Shown here in pieces: positions 53,218 through 62,875 of a stretch of 64,000 bases of DNA. The notes beneath the pieces were generated by a model, which did not search any database, had not been told where the DNA came from, and saw only the letters and a list, made by a program, of their open reading frames with translations. Where the stretch lies: sequence record OL656110.1; one strand, given 5' to 3'. Both the position numbers and the translations under genes were made by a program. Positions within the stretch are counted from its first letter, which is position 1, and every line of letters begins with the position of its first letter. The stretch comes from Escherichia phage vB_EcoM-RPN242.

Positions 53218-54090
53218 TTAATCGATACGGGTCAGTTGGGTGATAGATGATTGCACTGGGCTGGCCACATAGATACGGACGTTGGCTTTCCATTCACCCC
53301 AGATCAACGGCAGAGTTGGGAAGTTGTCTTCATTGAAAACAAACACGGGAATGTAGCTCTCGACTGTTTCGCCAGAGAACGCCTGAAAGCCCATCTTGGT
53401 GTATCCCATGATCTCGTCAATAAAATCGAACGGAGCGAAGGCAACACCAGCGTGTTCGTTAGAACCGAGCTGGCCTGGAATGGCCGTGCCCGTCAGAATG
53501 ATTTCGGTGATCTGGCGCTTAGGCTCGGTGGTCAACATATCAGAGAAGTCAGGCTCTTTGAAGGTTGCCATGTTCTTCAGGAACTTGCCAGCCGGGTACT
53601 CTTTGCCGTCGACAGTGATGGTGTCCACCACTTTGATGCACGCCTGAGGGAATTCCCCTTCGATGCGCAGACTTTCGCGTGGGAAGCCTTTGTTGTAGTA
53701 GTAATCCAGTGCAGGCACAACTTCACCTTCATTACGGATGAACTTGCTCATGTTAGAGGCATACACGCGCTGTAGGCATTCGTCACCGTCGAAACCAGCA
53801 ATATGAGCCACACCGTCGTTGACTGTTGTGATGTCGCCCTGGGCGTCCATGATCTGGCGCATGATGTCTTTGATGTCGACAACAACGGGTTCTTTCAGGA
53901 CTCGCGGAGATGCAGTGAACTCAATTTTCACCTCGTGGTCGAAATACGCCGCTTCCAGCAGTTCACGGGTTTCTTCCAGCACCAGTTTCGCCTGATTGCG
54001 GATCTTACCAAAGTCGGGCGATGTGACGTCGCCCTTTGCATTACCGAAAGCCAGATTCAGATTCACGTTCTTGGAAAATGTAGTTGTCAT
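53218..54090 (-). CDS. hypothetical protein (290 aa) immediately downstream of regA
   Basis: Complete ORF with ATG start; occupies the position where T4 carries gene 43. Confidence 0.65.
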   Translation of the reverse strand: MTTTFSKNVNLNLAFGNAKGDVTSPDFGKIRNQAKLVLEETRELLEAAYFDHEVKIEFTASPRVLKEPVVVDIKDIMRQIMDAQGDITTVNDGVAHIAGFDGDECLQRVYASNMSKFIRNEGEVVPALDYYYNKGFPRESLRIEGEFPQACIKVVDTITVDGKEYPAGKFLKNMATFKEPDFSDMLTTEPKRQITEIILTGTAIPGQLGSNEHAGVAFAPFDFIDEIMGYTKMGFQAFSGETVESYIPVFVFNEDNFPTLPLIWGEWKANVRIYVASPVQSSITQLTRID

Positions 54091-54106
54091 AATATAGCGA
54101 CTCCAG

Positions 54107-54571
54107 TTATTCGCTTTTTGCCTTTGTAGGCCGGATGATGTATTTTGGAACCAGCTTCCATTCAGGAACCTGATCGTGTTTAACCACTTTAATGCGAGAC
54201 ATATCGGCTGCTTCGGTGACCTGCTCAGGATGAATGACCTTCACCATGTTCCACTGCTCCAGCAGCTTGATGATTCGGTTCATCCTCAGGACATCTTCGC
54301 GGTTAAATCCGTTGTAATGCCCGTCCAGCATAAATAGATGCTTAAAGTGGACGATATAATACTTACCACACTTATGAAGAATATGGCAAGTCTGATACAG
54401 AGTATTCGGCTCTTGGCGCGTGTTTACCCCAATTCGACTCAGTGTTTCCTTGATCCCCAGAAATATACCTGGCCGATCTTGGTTCAATTGAACTTCAACC
54501 ATACAATCAACGATGCTGGCCTCATCGTTGACTGCTGAAATATTCAATATGTCTAGCGTATTACGCGCCAT
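54107..54571 (-). CDS. regA: translational repressor RegA
   Basis: 154 aa; LYQTCHILHKCGKYYIVHFKHLFMLDG and PEWKLVPKY match T4 RegA. Confidence 0.8.
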   Translation of the reverse strand: MARNTLDILNISAVNDEASIVDCMVEVQLNQDRPGIFLGIKETLSRIGVNTRQEPNTLYQTCHILHKCGKYYIVHFKHLFMLDGHYNGFNREDVLRMNRIIKLLEQWNMVKVIHPEQVTEAADMSRIKVVKHDQVPEWKLVPKYIIRPTKAKSE

Positions 54572-54600
54572 GACTCATTCCCCTTTTACAATAGTTTGAA

Positions 54601-55056
54601 CTATTTAGCCTTGCGCGGTTTCGCTTTGGCGTTCAGCTCAGTGCGTCTCATCTTCTCGCGTATCTCGGCCAGGACTTCCTTCGGCAAGAAACGGACGTAC
54701 TCCGATGCCTTCTCCATGCTGATGTAGAAGTACTCTGAGAGTAACTTCACGTCAGGATCAATCGGACCTTTCTTAGACCATTTATCGTAGCGTTTCCGAG
54801 CCGGAATGGTGTAAAAGGCATATGACCATTGCATCCATGGAGTGATAGCATGTAGCTTATTCATCTGTTGCGCAGCCACTAGAGTGTCTTTGCTCTGAGC
54901 TAAACCACGCCGCGTCATAAACGGGTCGAATCCTTTCAACACTTCTGGGTCATCAGACCGCAAAAGGTTTTCTTTGCTGCTGTTCAGAGCAGCCAGGTAA
55001 TCGAACAATCCAAGGGCGGCCATAATATCACTTCCACTTGATGTTGAGCATGACAT
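54601..55056 (-). CDS. clamp-loader small subunit (T4 gp62-like), start uncertain
   Basis: Assigned by synteny between gp44 and regA; first start codon overlaps gp44 by 29 nt, alternative ATG at 55023. Confidence 0.5.
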   Translation of the reverse strand: MSCSTSSGSDIMAALGLFDYLAALNSSKENLLRSDDPEVLKGFDPFMTRRGLAQSKDTLVAAQQMNKLHAITPWMQWSYAFYTIPARKRYDKWSKKGPIDPDVKLLSEYFYISMEKASEYVRFLPKEVLAEIREKMRRTELNAKAKPRKAK

Positions 55057-56017
55057 TGGTCAGGAAAAACACGGCATGCAGCCAGACATCGCCGACTTGA
55101 CGGTGTTCAATCTGAGACTGACCACATACGCATACCAGATCAGGGATAGACTCATTCTGAACCAACATTTGCTTCTCTTTATCCTGTGGTACACAGAACT
55201 GGAAGAAGCGGGAATAGAAGTCTTCAGTGATATAGTTCTGGTTGTCGGTCACCCACTGCTTCATCCCAGCCCAGTCATTATCCTTCAACATATCCACCAA
55301 CATGCCCATATCGGCCGATTTTAACACAGCCAGTGCACGTTCGTCAATCTTGCCGTAAGTGGTGACGTTATCCTGTAGAACACCCATGATGCGGCGGTTA
55401 TCAGGGAAATGGCGCTTGACAATAGCAGCCAACACAGGAGGGTCATACTCAACACCTTCGCAGCGAAGGATTTCAGCACAGCGGCGCATGAACTGAAGTT
55501 TGACCTCATCAGCCTCGGTCTCATTCCAGATAAAGTCGATTTCACGGCAACGAGAGCGCAGAGGTTCGTTCACACGTTGCTTGGCGTTGGTGGTCAGGAT
55601 GAATGAACAGTTCTTGGAGACCTTCTCCACAATACCCTTCAGCGACTCCTGTGCCGCCATAGACAGACGCTCTACTTCGTCGAGGATAACGACTTTGCGA
55701 CCACCGAATACGCTCACACCAGTAGAGTACTGAATCACGCGGTCACGGATAACGTCGATGCTGTTGTCCAGGGATGCGTTGATCATCAGTGGTTGCTTAC
55801 AACCGATTTCATTACACACGGCCAGGGCGGAGGTAGTCTTGCCAGTACCAGGCTGAGGGGAGTAGAACAGCATAGACGGGATGTTGCCGTTGCCGCTGGT
55901 GATGTAGCCATGGATTTTAGCGCGGACGTCTTGAGGGATGATAATCTCGTCCAGGTTGTCAGGGCGGAAGCGGTTTTCCCATGCATACTGGTCTTTTACA
56001 ATTGTGATATTAGACAT
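55028..56017 (-). CDS. 44: clamp-loader ATPase (T4 gp44-like, RFC family AAA+)
   Basis: 329 aa; collinear with T4 gp44: NRFRPDNLDEII, Walker A SPQPGTGKTT, VVILDEVE, SRCREI. Confidence 0.9.
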   Translation of the reverse strand: MSNITIVKDQYAWENRFRPDNLDEIIIPQDVRAKIHGYITSGNGNIPSMLFYSPQPGTGKTTSALAVCNEIGCKQPLMINASLDNSIDVIRDRVIQYSTGVSVFGGRKVVILDEVERLSMAAQESLKGIVEKVSKNCSFILTTNAKQRVNEPLRSRCREIDFIWNETEADEVKLQFMRRCAEILRCEGVEYDPPVLAAIVKRHFPDNRRIMGVLQDNVTTYGKIDERALAVLKSADMGMLVDMLKDNDWAGMKQWVTDNQNYITEDFYSRFFQFCVPQDKEKQMLVQNESIPDLVCVCGQSQIEHRQVGDVWLHAVFFLTNVMLNIKWK

Positions 56018-56098
56018 TTTCAGCCTCGTGTAGAAGAATCATTTCAAATAGGCGGGGAACGCCCCGCCCACACATTATAGCATCAGGCTGGAGATTGA

Positions 56099-56767
56099 TT
56101 ACTCAATCTGTGCGCCGACGAAGTAATTGATCGTCGCGTCGGATGATTGGAAGTTCACCATCTGTAGATCAGCACAGGCACGCAGAGTGTAGTTGCCTTC
56201 GATCATTTTCAGGTTGGCAACATCCAGCGGCATTACGAAGTCCGGCAGCGCGGTTTCGCCCAGCTCAACAGTGTAGTTGTTGGAGTTGTCCAAGGTAGTG
56301 GTGGTTGCAACCAGGCGAGTTTTGCCACCCTGAGCAACCAGGCGCACAGTCTTGTGTCCGAGGGTAGAGCAGGCGCGGGTCAGTTCTTTCATCTTCTCTG
56401 GAGTGATGATCGCTTCAAAGTCAACAGACGGCAGTTCAATGGTGTCAGCCGGGACAACCGTGAGTTCTTTAGCAGAACGCCAGAATTGCAGCTGAGAGCT
56501 TTCGCCTTTCAACAGGATGTAGTCCTGATGGAATTCGGCTTTGGCACCTTTGAAGGAAGGTAGGCGCTGGATGGCCAGAAGTTTGGTCAGGTCCAGAATC
56601 GGGAACTCAAACGGGAAGTCTTCTTCGATCTGCGCCACGGCGATCACAGTAGAAGAATCATTAATACTGCGCAGCATCTTACCCGGTGTCAGAACGATAG
56701 ATGGGTTGATGGTCTCAAAGTTGGCCAGCAACTGAAGTGTACGTTCGGAGAGAGTGATCTCTTGCAT
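56099..56767 (-). CDS. 45: sliding clamp (T4 gp45-like)
   Basis: 222 aa; N-terminal TLQLLANFETINPSIVL parallels T4 gp45 TALLKNFATINSGIML; position upstream of gp44/gp62/regA as in T4. Confidence 0.75.
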   Translation of the reverse strand: MQEITLSERTLQLLANFETINPSIVLTPGKMLRSINDSSTVIAVAQIEEDFPFEFPILDLTKLLAIQRLPSFKGAKAEFHQDYILLKGESSQLQFWRSAKELTVVPADTIELPSVDFEAIITPEKMKELTRACSTLGHKTVRLVAQGGKTRLVATTTTLDNSNNYTVELGETALPDFVMPLDVANLKMIEGNYTLRACADLQMVNFQSSDATINYFVGAQIE

Positions 56768-56900
56768 TTGTATGTATCCTCAAAATATAGTGGGGGTTCA
56801 AGTCATGTTTGACGCAATCTAGTATCGCTGTGTTTTGTTTATAGAACAAGTGGCAAATTGCGCTACGCGTTATTAATAAATGCCTTCGGCATTTATGGAC

Positions 56901-56947
56901 TTTATTAAAGATAATAACCTTTATTAAAGATAATAATCTTTATTAAT
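56901..56947. repeat. tandem palindromic iterons (TTTATTAAAGATAATAA x2 plus partial third copy)
   Basis: Copies at 56901..56917 and 56920..56936 are identical, 19-bp period; each unit is TTATTA-aaga-TAATAA; lies in a 361-bp AT-rich region between divergent genes. Confidence 0.7.
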
Positions 56948-56979
56948 CCTATTCGCTTCGCTCATAAAACAAATACTCG

Positions 56980-57009
56980 TTGTTCGCTAACGCTCACAAC
57001 TCGTATAAT
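56980..57009 (+). promoter_or_regulatory. sigma70-like promoter candidate for plus-strand gene
   Basis: TTGTTC - 18 nt - TATAAT (57004..57009), about 120 nt upstream of ATG at 57129. Confidence 0.35.
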
Positions 57010-57128
57010 ACCACGCCATTGTTCAACAAGAAAGCAGTTTTTATTCAACAGCAAAATTAATTTATTTGGTCTAAACATGCACGCGAAATAATATGTATGT
57101 CATGTTAACCAACACACGAGAGTAATAT

Positions 57129-57500
57129 ATGAAACAGTTCGTAGGTTTATACGCAGTCGGGTGTAGTAAGCCAGACGCCAACCTCACCACAGGTCAATTT
57201 ATCACAGGCACCCCAGTTTATCTGACACAGCTGGCGTCAGACAAGAACTTACCATCGGAACCGCGATTTGTCCCCCTTGGCTTGATGACAGGCCTGAAAG
57301 TTGGTCTGTATGTCGGCGTTGTGACGTTTGAAAACGGCATCGAAGCGAAGGTTCTGCCATTCAAATTGGGTAGTGAACAAATGCTGAAGGATACGATCAG
57401 TGAACACCTGAACTCACAATGTCTGGCTTCTCTGGATAAATTGTTCGGCGTAGTATCTGATGAAGGCGAGGCCACCCCCGCCTATGTGAATCAAGATTAA
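57129..57500 (+). CDS. hypothetical protein (123 aa)
   Basis: Complete plus-strand ORF with ATG start; convergent with uvsW (overlapping stops). Confidence 0.5.
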   Translation: MKQFVGLYAVGCSKPDANLTTGQFITGTPVYLTQLASDKNLPSEPRFVPLGLMTGLKVGLYVGVVTFENGIEAKVLPFKLGSEQMLKDTISEHLNSQCLASLDKLFGVVSDEGEATPAYVNQD

Positions 57501-59005
57501 TCGTGATTACCCAGCGCCACCTTCATGAACTCCACAGGGTGGCGCTCTGCCAGGTAAAACTTGTAACGCTCATGAGAGTGCCTAAGAGCGTGGTTCGTGC
57601 TGGCGTTATACGATGCATCATCCACTAAGTCCCATATCCACGCGACGTCCTTAGAGGAGTGCTGACGCATCAGACGACCCAATGTCTGTATGACGCGGAT
57701 ATATGACTTGCTCGGGTGTGCCAGTACAAGGTGGTGTAGCTTCTTGATCGACACTCCCTGCTGCATTGTCCCGTATGATGCCAACAGGGTGATGTCCTCT
57801 CCATCCTCCATCGCTTTCTGTATGCGGCGGCGGTCTTCGATCTTCACTTCCCCGTTGATGACAAACACGTTGGGCTTGACTGCGCTCAGCATATCATACA
57901 CGACCATCATGTGACCATCAATACGCTCGAACATGATGGCCACGTTTCCTTTCAGATTCAGTGCCATCTTGGCGATCAGTTCGTTGCGGGACTGGTGTGT
58001 AATAAGGTATTCTATTTCCTTGGAATAATCCCCGTCTAGACCAACAGCATCCGCCGGAGTGTGCTTCAGCTGGATCATCTTCACTTTGATGTCAGTGGCG
58101 TACCCGAGATTGATAAGATCGCGAGCCGTGATGATCTTATGGTACGCCCCGAAGTGAGCCACCACCTGAAGCCCGGCAACTTTGGTGTTCGCCAGCGTAC
58201 CTGTAACCCCCAGGCGCTGGTCGGCATAGATGCAGTTGTTCAGGATGTAAGACAGTTTCTCAGACTTGGAGGTGTGCACTTCATCCACCACGATATCACC
58301 GAACTGGTGGAACCATTCCTTCGGCTGGTCTTGAATGCCCTGCCATGTGCTGATGACGATTGGTTTGCTGATCTCCTTTGTCGCGCCCTCAAAAATCAGC
58401 TGGGTGTTAACAACGGGCTTCCAATCACTGCCATGAGCATACTCTTCGAAGTTGTCGTACAGCTGAGTGACTAGGTGGATTGACGGCACCACGATAAGCG
58501 TCTTCAGAGGACTTTCGAGAGCTTCTCTGCGCCGCCTGTAGTACCGCGCCATGACATACAGAATAAAGGACTTACCGGCACTCGTAGCCAGTTCACAGAC
58601 GCATCTGGTTTGACGCATAGCCTTGGCGATGGTGTCGTATTGGTAGTCACGAGTCTCGGCATCGATATATTCGTGATTTTCGGTGCGGATCTTTGGATGC
58701 AGACTGTCGATGAAGTCACGGATTTCTTCATCTGGGATGTCCTGAATGTACTTCAGTGCCGGATCCAGTTCAATGGTGTATCCGTTGTTCTTACAGAACT
58801 TAAATACCTCAAACAGCAGACCGATATCGATTAGACCAGATGACTTGGTAAATAGGCGGACAACCCCGTCCCATTTAGAAAAGGGGTTGGGAACGAAGTT
58901 CGGGTCTTCGAATTTGAAGTAGTCATTAAGTTCTTCCCTGATAGAAAGATCTGCGATGCAACGCATGCGGACTTCGTTAACCTTAACAATCTGAATGTCT
59001 GCCAT
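57497..59005 (-). CDS. uvsW: UvsW-like SF2 DNA/RNA helicase
   Basis: Start at ATG 59005 (MADIQIVKV...); collinear with T4 UvsW: Walker A ELATSAGKSF, DEVH box IVVDEVH, KLHHLVLAHP, QTLGRLMR. Confidence 0.8.
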   Translation of the reverse strand: MADIQIVKVNEVRMRCIADLSIREELNDYFKFEDPNFVPNPFSKWDGVVRLFTKSSGLIDIGLLFEVFKFCKNNGYTIELDPALKYIQDIPDEEIRDFIDSLHPKIRTENHEYIDAETRDYQYDTIAKAMRQTRCVCELATSAGKSFILYVMARYYRRRREALESPLKTLIVVPSIHLVTQLYDNFEEYAHGSDWKPVVNTQLIFEGATKEISKPIVISTWQGIQDQPKEWFHQFGDIVVDEVHTSKSEKLSYILNNCIYADQRLGVTGTLANTKVAGLQVVAHFGAYHKIITARDLINLGYATDIKVKMIQLKHTPADAVGLDGDYSKEIEYLITHQSRNELIAKMALNLKGNVAIMFERIDGHMMVVYDMLSAVKPNVFVINGEVKIEDRRRIQKAMEDGEDITLLASYGTMQQGVSIKKLHHLVLAHPSKSYIRVIQTLGRLMRQHSSKDVAWIWDLVDDASYNASTNHALRHSHERYKFYLAERHPVEFMKVALGNHD

Positions 59006-59033
59006 ACAAAATCTCCCAAGGATTATGGGGTAT

Positions 59034-59780
59034 TTAGTGATCCGGCCAGACTCCGTTTTGTTCTTTATCCATGCGATGATACAGACGAACACGCTCAAAC
59101 ATCTTTGTCAGAATGTCATCACGGTTGAACTCAATGACGGTTGGTAGAGGGGAAGACTCGTTGGCGATCACGTTGATGAGGCGGGTGATCTTGACGCCGA
59201 ACATCTGCTGGAACATGACCGAATATAAGCACAGCTGGATACTGTAATCCTCGATCATGCCCCGCGTCTTCATGGTGTTCGATGTCTTGAAGTCGATGAC
59301 AGCAGGTTTACCCTCATAAACCCCGATAAGGTCTACACGACCTGCAAGACCAAGCACCTCACTATATAATGGGATCTCCTGAGCATAGATCTTTGTCATC
59401 TTGTTCAGGTAAGGGAACAGCTGCTTGAACATGAACATGTATTCGCCAGCCGCTTCCAACACTTCTTTCATTGGGCGGTTCTTTAGATACAGTTCACACG
59501 CAAGGTGCAGCTTCTCCCCTCGGTCAGCACAGCGCATGGTCTCAAGATCAGCGGCCTCTGCGCCCAGCTTCTTCCTCCAAGACTCAAGCCATTCATGATC
59601 TCCAGTGCGTCCCAGCATAGTCGTGACGGATGTCAGTTTTACACCAGACGGTGAAACGTAATGACGACCATTCTCCGTCGTAACACACTCCAGTTCCTTA
59701 TGAGGAAGTTCGTATTGCTGGAATGTGTAATGACGGTTTTCGAAGTCATTCAGCTTGCGTAGATCCTGGAGAGATGCCAT
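59034..59780 (-). CDS. PD-(D/E)xK nuclease family protein (RecB/Cas4-like fold)
   Basis: 248 aa; GRVDLIGVYEGKPAVIDFKTSN ... QLCLY arrangement. Confidence 0.45.
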   Translation of the reverse strand: MASLQDLRKLNDFENRHYTFQQYELPHKELECVTTENGRHYVSPSGVKLTSVTTMLGRTGDHEWLESWRKKLGAEAADLETMRCADRGEKLHLACELYLKNRPMKEVLEAAGEYMFMFKQLFPYLNKMTKIYAQEIPLYSEVLGLAGRVDLIGVYEGKPAVIDFKTSNTMKTRGMIEDYSIQLCLYSVMFQQMFGVKITRLINVIANESSPLPTVIEFNRDDILTKMFERVRLYHRMDKEQNGVWPDH

Positions 59781-59795
59781 TATGTGTGATCCTCG

Positions 59796-60248
59796 TTATA
59801 CACCATCAATATATTTTCTCCACTCAATAGCATTTTTCACTTCGTATCCCAGTTTGTTCAGGCGATCCAAACAAGTCTCTATGAACTTGACTTTTGCTTT
59901 TTGTTCTTGTAACAGAACAGACAACTCCACATAGTCATCGTCTGCTTTGACCCATGTATCTAGGTCAGACTTCAGGGGGCGAACCTTCAGGGGGCGATCT
60001 GCGTAGATGTTAGGGGGTAACTCCCCTGCATAGTAGCGGCGCAGATAGAGATCGATTTGGCGGAAGCGCCCGTTGAGAAATTCAAGATAACGTCCCTCGC
60101 GCAGATAATGCCGCTGTACAGCCATCCAAGAGCGCCCGATTTTCAGTGAGATCTGGTCAAGGTTCATGTCTTCTGGGTCCACTGTGATCAGCGGCTCCAG
60201 TTCGTTCATGATGTCCTCGGTAGCCATTGTCTGTAGTTGTTCTTTCAT
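59796..60248 (-). CDS. uvsY: UvsY-like recombination mediator
   Basis: 150 aa; similarity of the C-terminal half to T4 UvsY and conserved position next to uvsW. Confidence 0.55.
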   Translation of the reverse strand: MKEQLQTMATEDIMNELEPLITVDPEDMNLDQISLKIGRSWMAVQRHYLREGRYLEFLNGRFRQIDLYLRRYYAGELPPNIYADRPLKVRPLKSDLDTWVKADDDYVELSVLLQEQKAKVKFIETCLDRLNKLGYEVKNAIEWRKYIDGV

Positions 60249-60290
60249 AAAATATCCCAGCTTGTCAATGTCATAGAATTATACCGCATT

Positions 60291-60791
60291 TCATGGATTA
60301 GAATCAATCGCCTTCCCAACAGATAGTGGAACCAGCTGTTGGAACTTGAAGGTCACTGTCGTCACCAGCTGAGGTACAGCCGCGTCTACGTCCACCAGTA
60401 CGTTGTCCAAAGCAGTCGGGCGGGCTTCCTCCAGCACTAGAGTGAGGCCAATCGGTCGGTTGAGGTTATCCAGCAATTCAATGGTAATGTCCTTGCTGAC
60501 AGGCAAATCCTTGCCGACGTTGCTGGTAATCCATTGGTGGATCTGTAACCATGATTTCCAGTCCTCGTCTATAACGAAAGTAAATACGACGGGATCATAG
60601 GTTAAACGCTCTGAAGGTATAGAAACCAACACGTCACCAGGAGACGGACCATCGATGCCTTCGGAGTACACCCCTGGTATACTGAAGTCGTGGATGTTAC
60701 GGGTTAGGAGTACAAGGTCTCCGATAGTCAGACGCCACTTATCGGACGCCGCGAAATTAGGGTTTTCGTTCTTGAATTGTACGTTGGACAT
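60291..60791 (-). CDS. hypothetical protein (166 aa; possible tail-tube-like fold); start uncertain
   Basis: Taken from ATG 60791 (MSNVQFKNE...); track ORF extends to a GTG at 61094, which would overlap the divergent plus-strand ORF. Confidence 0.45.
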   Translation of the reverse strand: MSNVQFKNENPNFAASDKWRLTIGDLVLLTRNIHDFSIPGVYSEGIDGPSPGDVLVSIPSERLTYDPVVFTFVIDEDWKSWLQIHQWITSNVGKDLPVSKDITIELLDNLNRPIGLTLVLEEARPTALDNVLVDVDAAVPQLVTTVTFKFQQLVPLSVGKAIDSNP

Positions 60792-61062
60792 AATAGCACC
60801 TTTGCTGTGGAGATATTTTGTGACCCTGATGCGCGGGATCAGTAGATTGTTGTTGGCATGCTCGATGCTCTTGTTTACGAGCTGTCGCATCTTTGTCACG
60901 CCAATAATTTCTGTTTCCGAACTCTGGAACCCAGAAGTGCGCACTGTACCTGTGACGTTGTCGGCCAGCGTTCCCACTTGTAACAAGGGTATGCTGGACA
61001 TCATCGTGCAAGAGTTCCAGCCCTTCCAGAAGCTCGTACCTTTAGGTTGCTTTGATGAGAAC

Positions 61063-61470
61063 ATGAGCACCCTCAAGCCATACTGGAAGACCACAATTCC
61101 TCTCCTGCGGCATGGCGATGAAGGGAAGATTCCATACCTATCAGCAAGTATTTATTACTCTCAGAACAACAGCATCATTATCACTTTTAATCCATCATTC
61201 CATGCCAAGCTGAAGCAACACATGGTTGGGCGACTGGATACAACATCAGATATAATCGTGACGTTCAAGATCATGAATGACTCGGATAAACCAGTACGAA
61301 TCGCAACTCAGGGTGTGTTCGTTAACAACGACGCGGTTGGAAATGGGATGAGTATCTTTGAAGTTAACCCAGGGGGAACGATCTTGATCAGACTGAGTAA
61401 TGTGGGTGTGAACTCCCTGCTGTTGGATGGCATCGAACCAGTGGGAGTTCTTCCGGCGCGGGAGCACTGA
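61063..61470 (+). CDS. hypothetical protein (136 aa)
   Basis: ATG at 61063 (MSTLKPYW...); convergent with the minus gene ending 61471. Confidence 0.4.
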   Translation: MSTLKPYWKTTIPLLRHGDEGKIPYLSASIYYSQNNSIIITFNPSFHAKLKQHMVGRLDTTSDIIVTFKIMNDSDKPVRIATQGVFVNNDAVGNGMSIFEVNPGGTILIRLSNVGVNSLLLDGIEPVGVLPAREH

Positions 61471-62241
61471 TTACTTCAGCGCGTTCTTCAGATTATCGGA
61501 ACCAATGCTGTTGATGACACCTCCGGCGCAGATATCTTTCGCCCACTCTGAGATCACGTTGGCAAAAGAGAAGTTAAGACACTTACCAACCATGTCTTGG
61601 ATATGGGCTAACTCTGCTGCAATACCGTTCGTGATGTCCTGAGCAATAGAGGCTACTGATGCGACAGCAGTGTCGATGGCCTGAGTAACTTCAGCAGCCA
61701 GTGCCTGAATAGCATCAAGACCAGCACCGACGCCCTGAGCTACCAACTCAGCCAGCTCATTCATCTTGTTTGTGATAGTTGTGAGAACACTTTGCATGGT
61801 GTTGATCCACTGTTTGCCGAGGTTCTGAATAACCCCAAATGCATTATTGATCAGATCACAGTTGTTCGGTTCTCGACCTATAGACTTCAGGGCGGACTTA
61901 TACGACACAGATGTACCGATGCGGGAATATGCCTCGTTCACTGACTGGTCGCCATAGTTGTTCAAAGTAGTGATGCTGTTGTTGGCTGAGTTGAACATTG
62001 CTGTAGATTCGTTGAGTTTGGCTGTAGTCAACCCACCTGCCGTCAGCGCTTCCTGAATCTGCGCATTTCCGGTGTTAGCCAGTGACGCTGTAGTCGCCTT
62101 ACCACTGGTGATTAACCCCTGTGAGGCGCTGCTGAGGGACGGGAGAGGATTGGTAAAGGCGTTGCCCTGTGATAGGGCGTCATAGATCTGTGCGTTCATA
62201 AGAAAATACCCCCATGGATGATGGGGGTATTTAGGGATCAT
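61471..62241 (-). CDS. hypothetical Ala/Thr/Ser-rich protein (256 aa)
   Basis: ATG start overlapping upstream small gene stop (ATGA); hairpin atacccccat-catc-catgggggtat inside the first codons. Confidence 0.55.
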   Translation of the reverse strand: MIPKYPHHPWGYFLMNAQIYDALSQGNAFTNPLPSLSSASQGLITSGKATTASLANTGNAQIQEALTAGGLTTAKLNESTAMFNSANNSITTLNNYGDQSVNEAYSRIGTSVSYKSALKSIGREPNNCDLINNAFGVIQNLGKQWINTMQSVLTTITNKMNELAELVAQGVGAGLDAIQALAAEVTQAIDTAVASVASIAQDITNGIAAELAHIQDMVGKCLNFSFANVISEWAKDICAGGVINSIGSDNLKNALK

Positions 62242-62408
62242 GGTAGTTTGTAAACGAAGTTGGACCAGAACTTACGAACAAACTTCTTGACATAAACCAT
62301 TCGGTTGGCGTATTCCCCATCCTTCAGGTCATTGTAGGTCTCGATCCCTACCGCGCCCAAGAAGTACGCCGTGAAGATATAGCAGAACAGATTGATGACG
62401 ACAAACAT
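62238..62408 (-). CDS. small membrane protein (56 aa)
   Basis: Manual translation MFVVINLFCYIFTAYFLGAVG...; GGAGATACATC leader; below track cutoff. Confidence 0.4.
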   Translation of the reverse strand: MFVVINLFCYIFTAYFLGAVGIETYNDLKDGEYANRMVYVKKFVRKFWSNFVYKLP

Positions 62409-62448
62409 GATGTATCTCCGCTGTGTGTACTCAATTATTTATGGTATG

Positions 62449-62871
62449 TTACAAAAGGCGCTTGGTCTTCGGCTTACCCATTAGAGTGATATCCACAGGC
62501 AGGCCAGCTTTCTTGCAACGGTTGATCATGTCCAGGGTGCCAGTGGACGAACCATCCCACATCGCAATCGGATACACTTCCAGCTTGGTCTGTCTGACGA
62601 GATCCAATGCCTTGTCTAACATGTCCTGATTGCGTTTGTTGCCCATCCCTTTCCCATACTTTTCATAATAGCTCGGAGGTATTGGCATAGGAGTGATATG
62701 AACATAATTGATTTCAGCCCAGTCACGGCAAATCTTGTCCACACCAGAGGCTTCACCCTCAATCAGTGTATAGACCTCACGAGGATCGAGGAGTTCGTCC
62801 AGCTTGGCGAATACCTTATCCCGCTCGGTGATTGAGCGGGAACCCGTAATGAGAACGATATACTTCTTCAT
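62449..62871 (-). CDS. SLOG/DUF2493-like Rossmann-fold protein
   Basis: Start at ATG 62871 (MKKYIVLITGSRSITERD...); EGEASGVDK motif typical of YspA/DprA-like SLOG domains. Confidence 0.5.
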   Translation of the reverse strand: MKKYIVLITGSRSITERDKVFAKLDELLDPREVYTLIEGEASGVDKICRDWAEINYVHITPMPIPPSYYEKYGKGMGNKRNQDMLDKALDLVRQTKLEVYPIAMWDGSSTGTLDMINRCKKAGLPVDITLMGKPKTKRLL

Positions 62872-62875
62872 AGAA

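Noticed and set aside
56901-56947. Possible CRISPR-like array
   Set aside because: Only two to three 17-bp units with 2-bp spacers; no spacer-sized unique sequences and no cas genes. Interpreted as iterons/operator sites instead.
60792-61094. N-terminal extension of the minus ORF to a GTG at 61094
   Set aside because: It would overlap the divergent plus-strand ORF starting at 61063 by its 5' end and has no RBS; the internal ATG at 60791 was preferred, though the region is unusually GC-normal for an intergenic spacer and remains uncertain.
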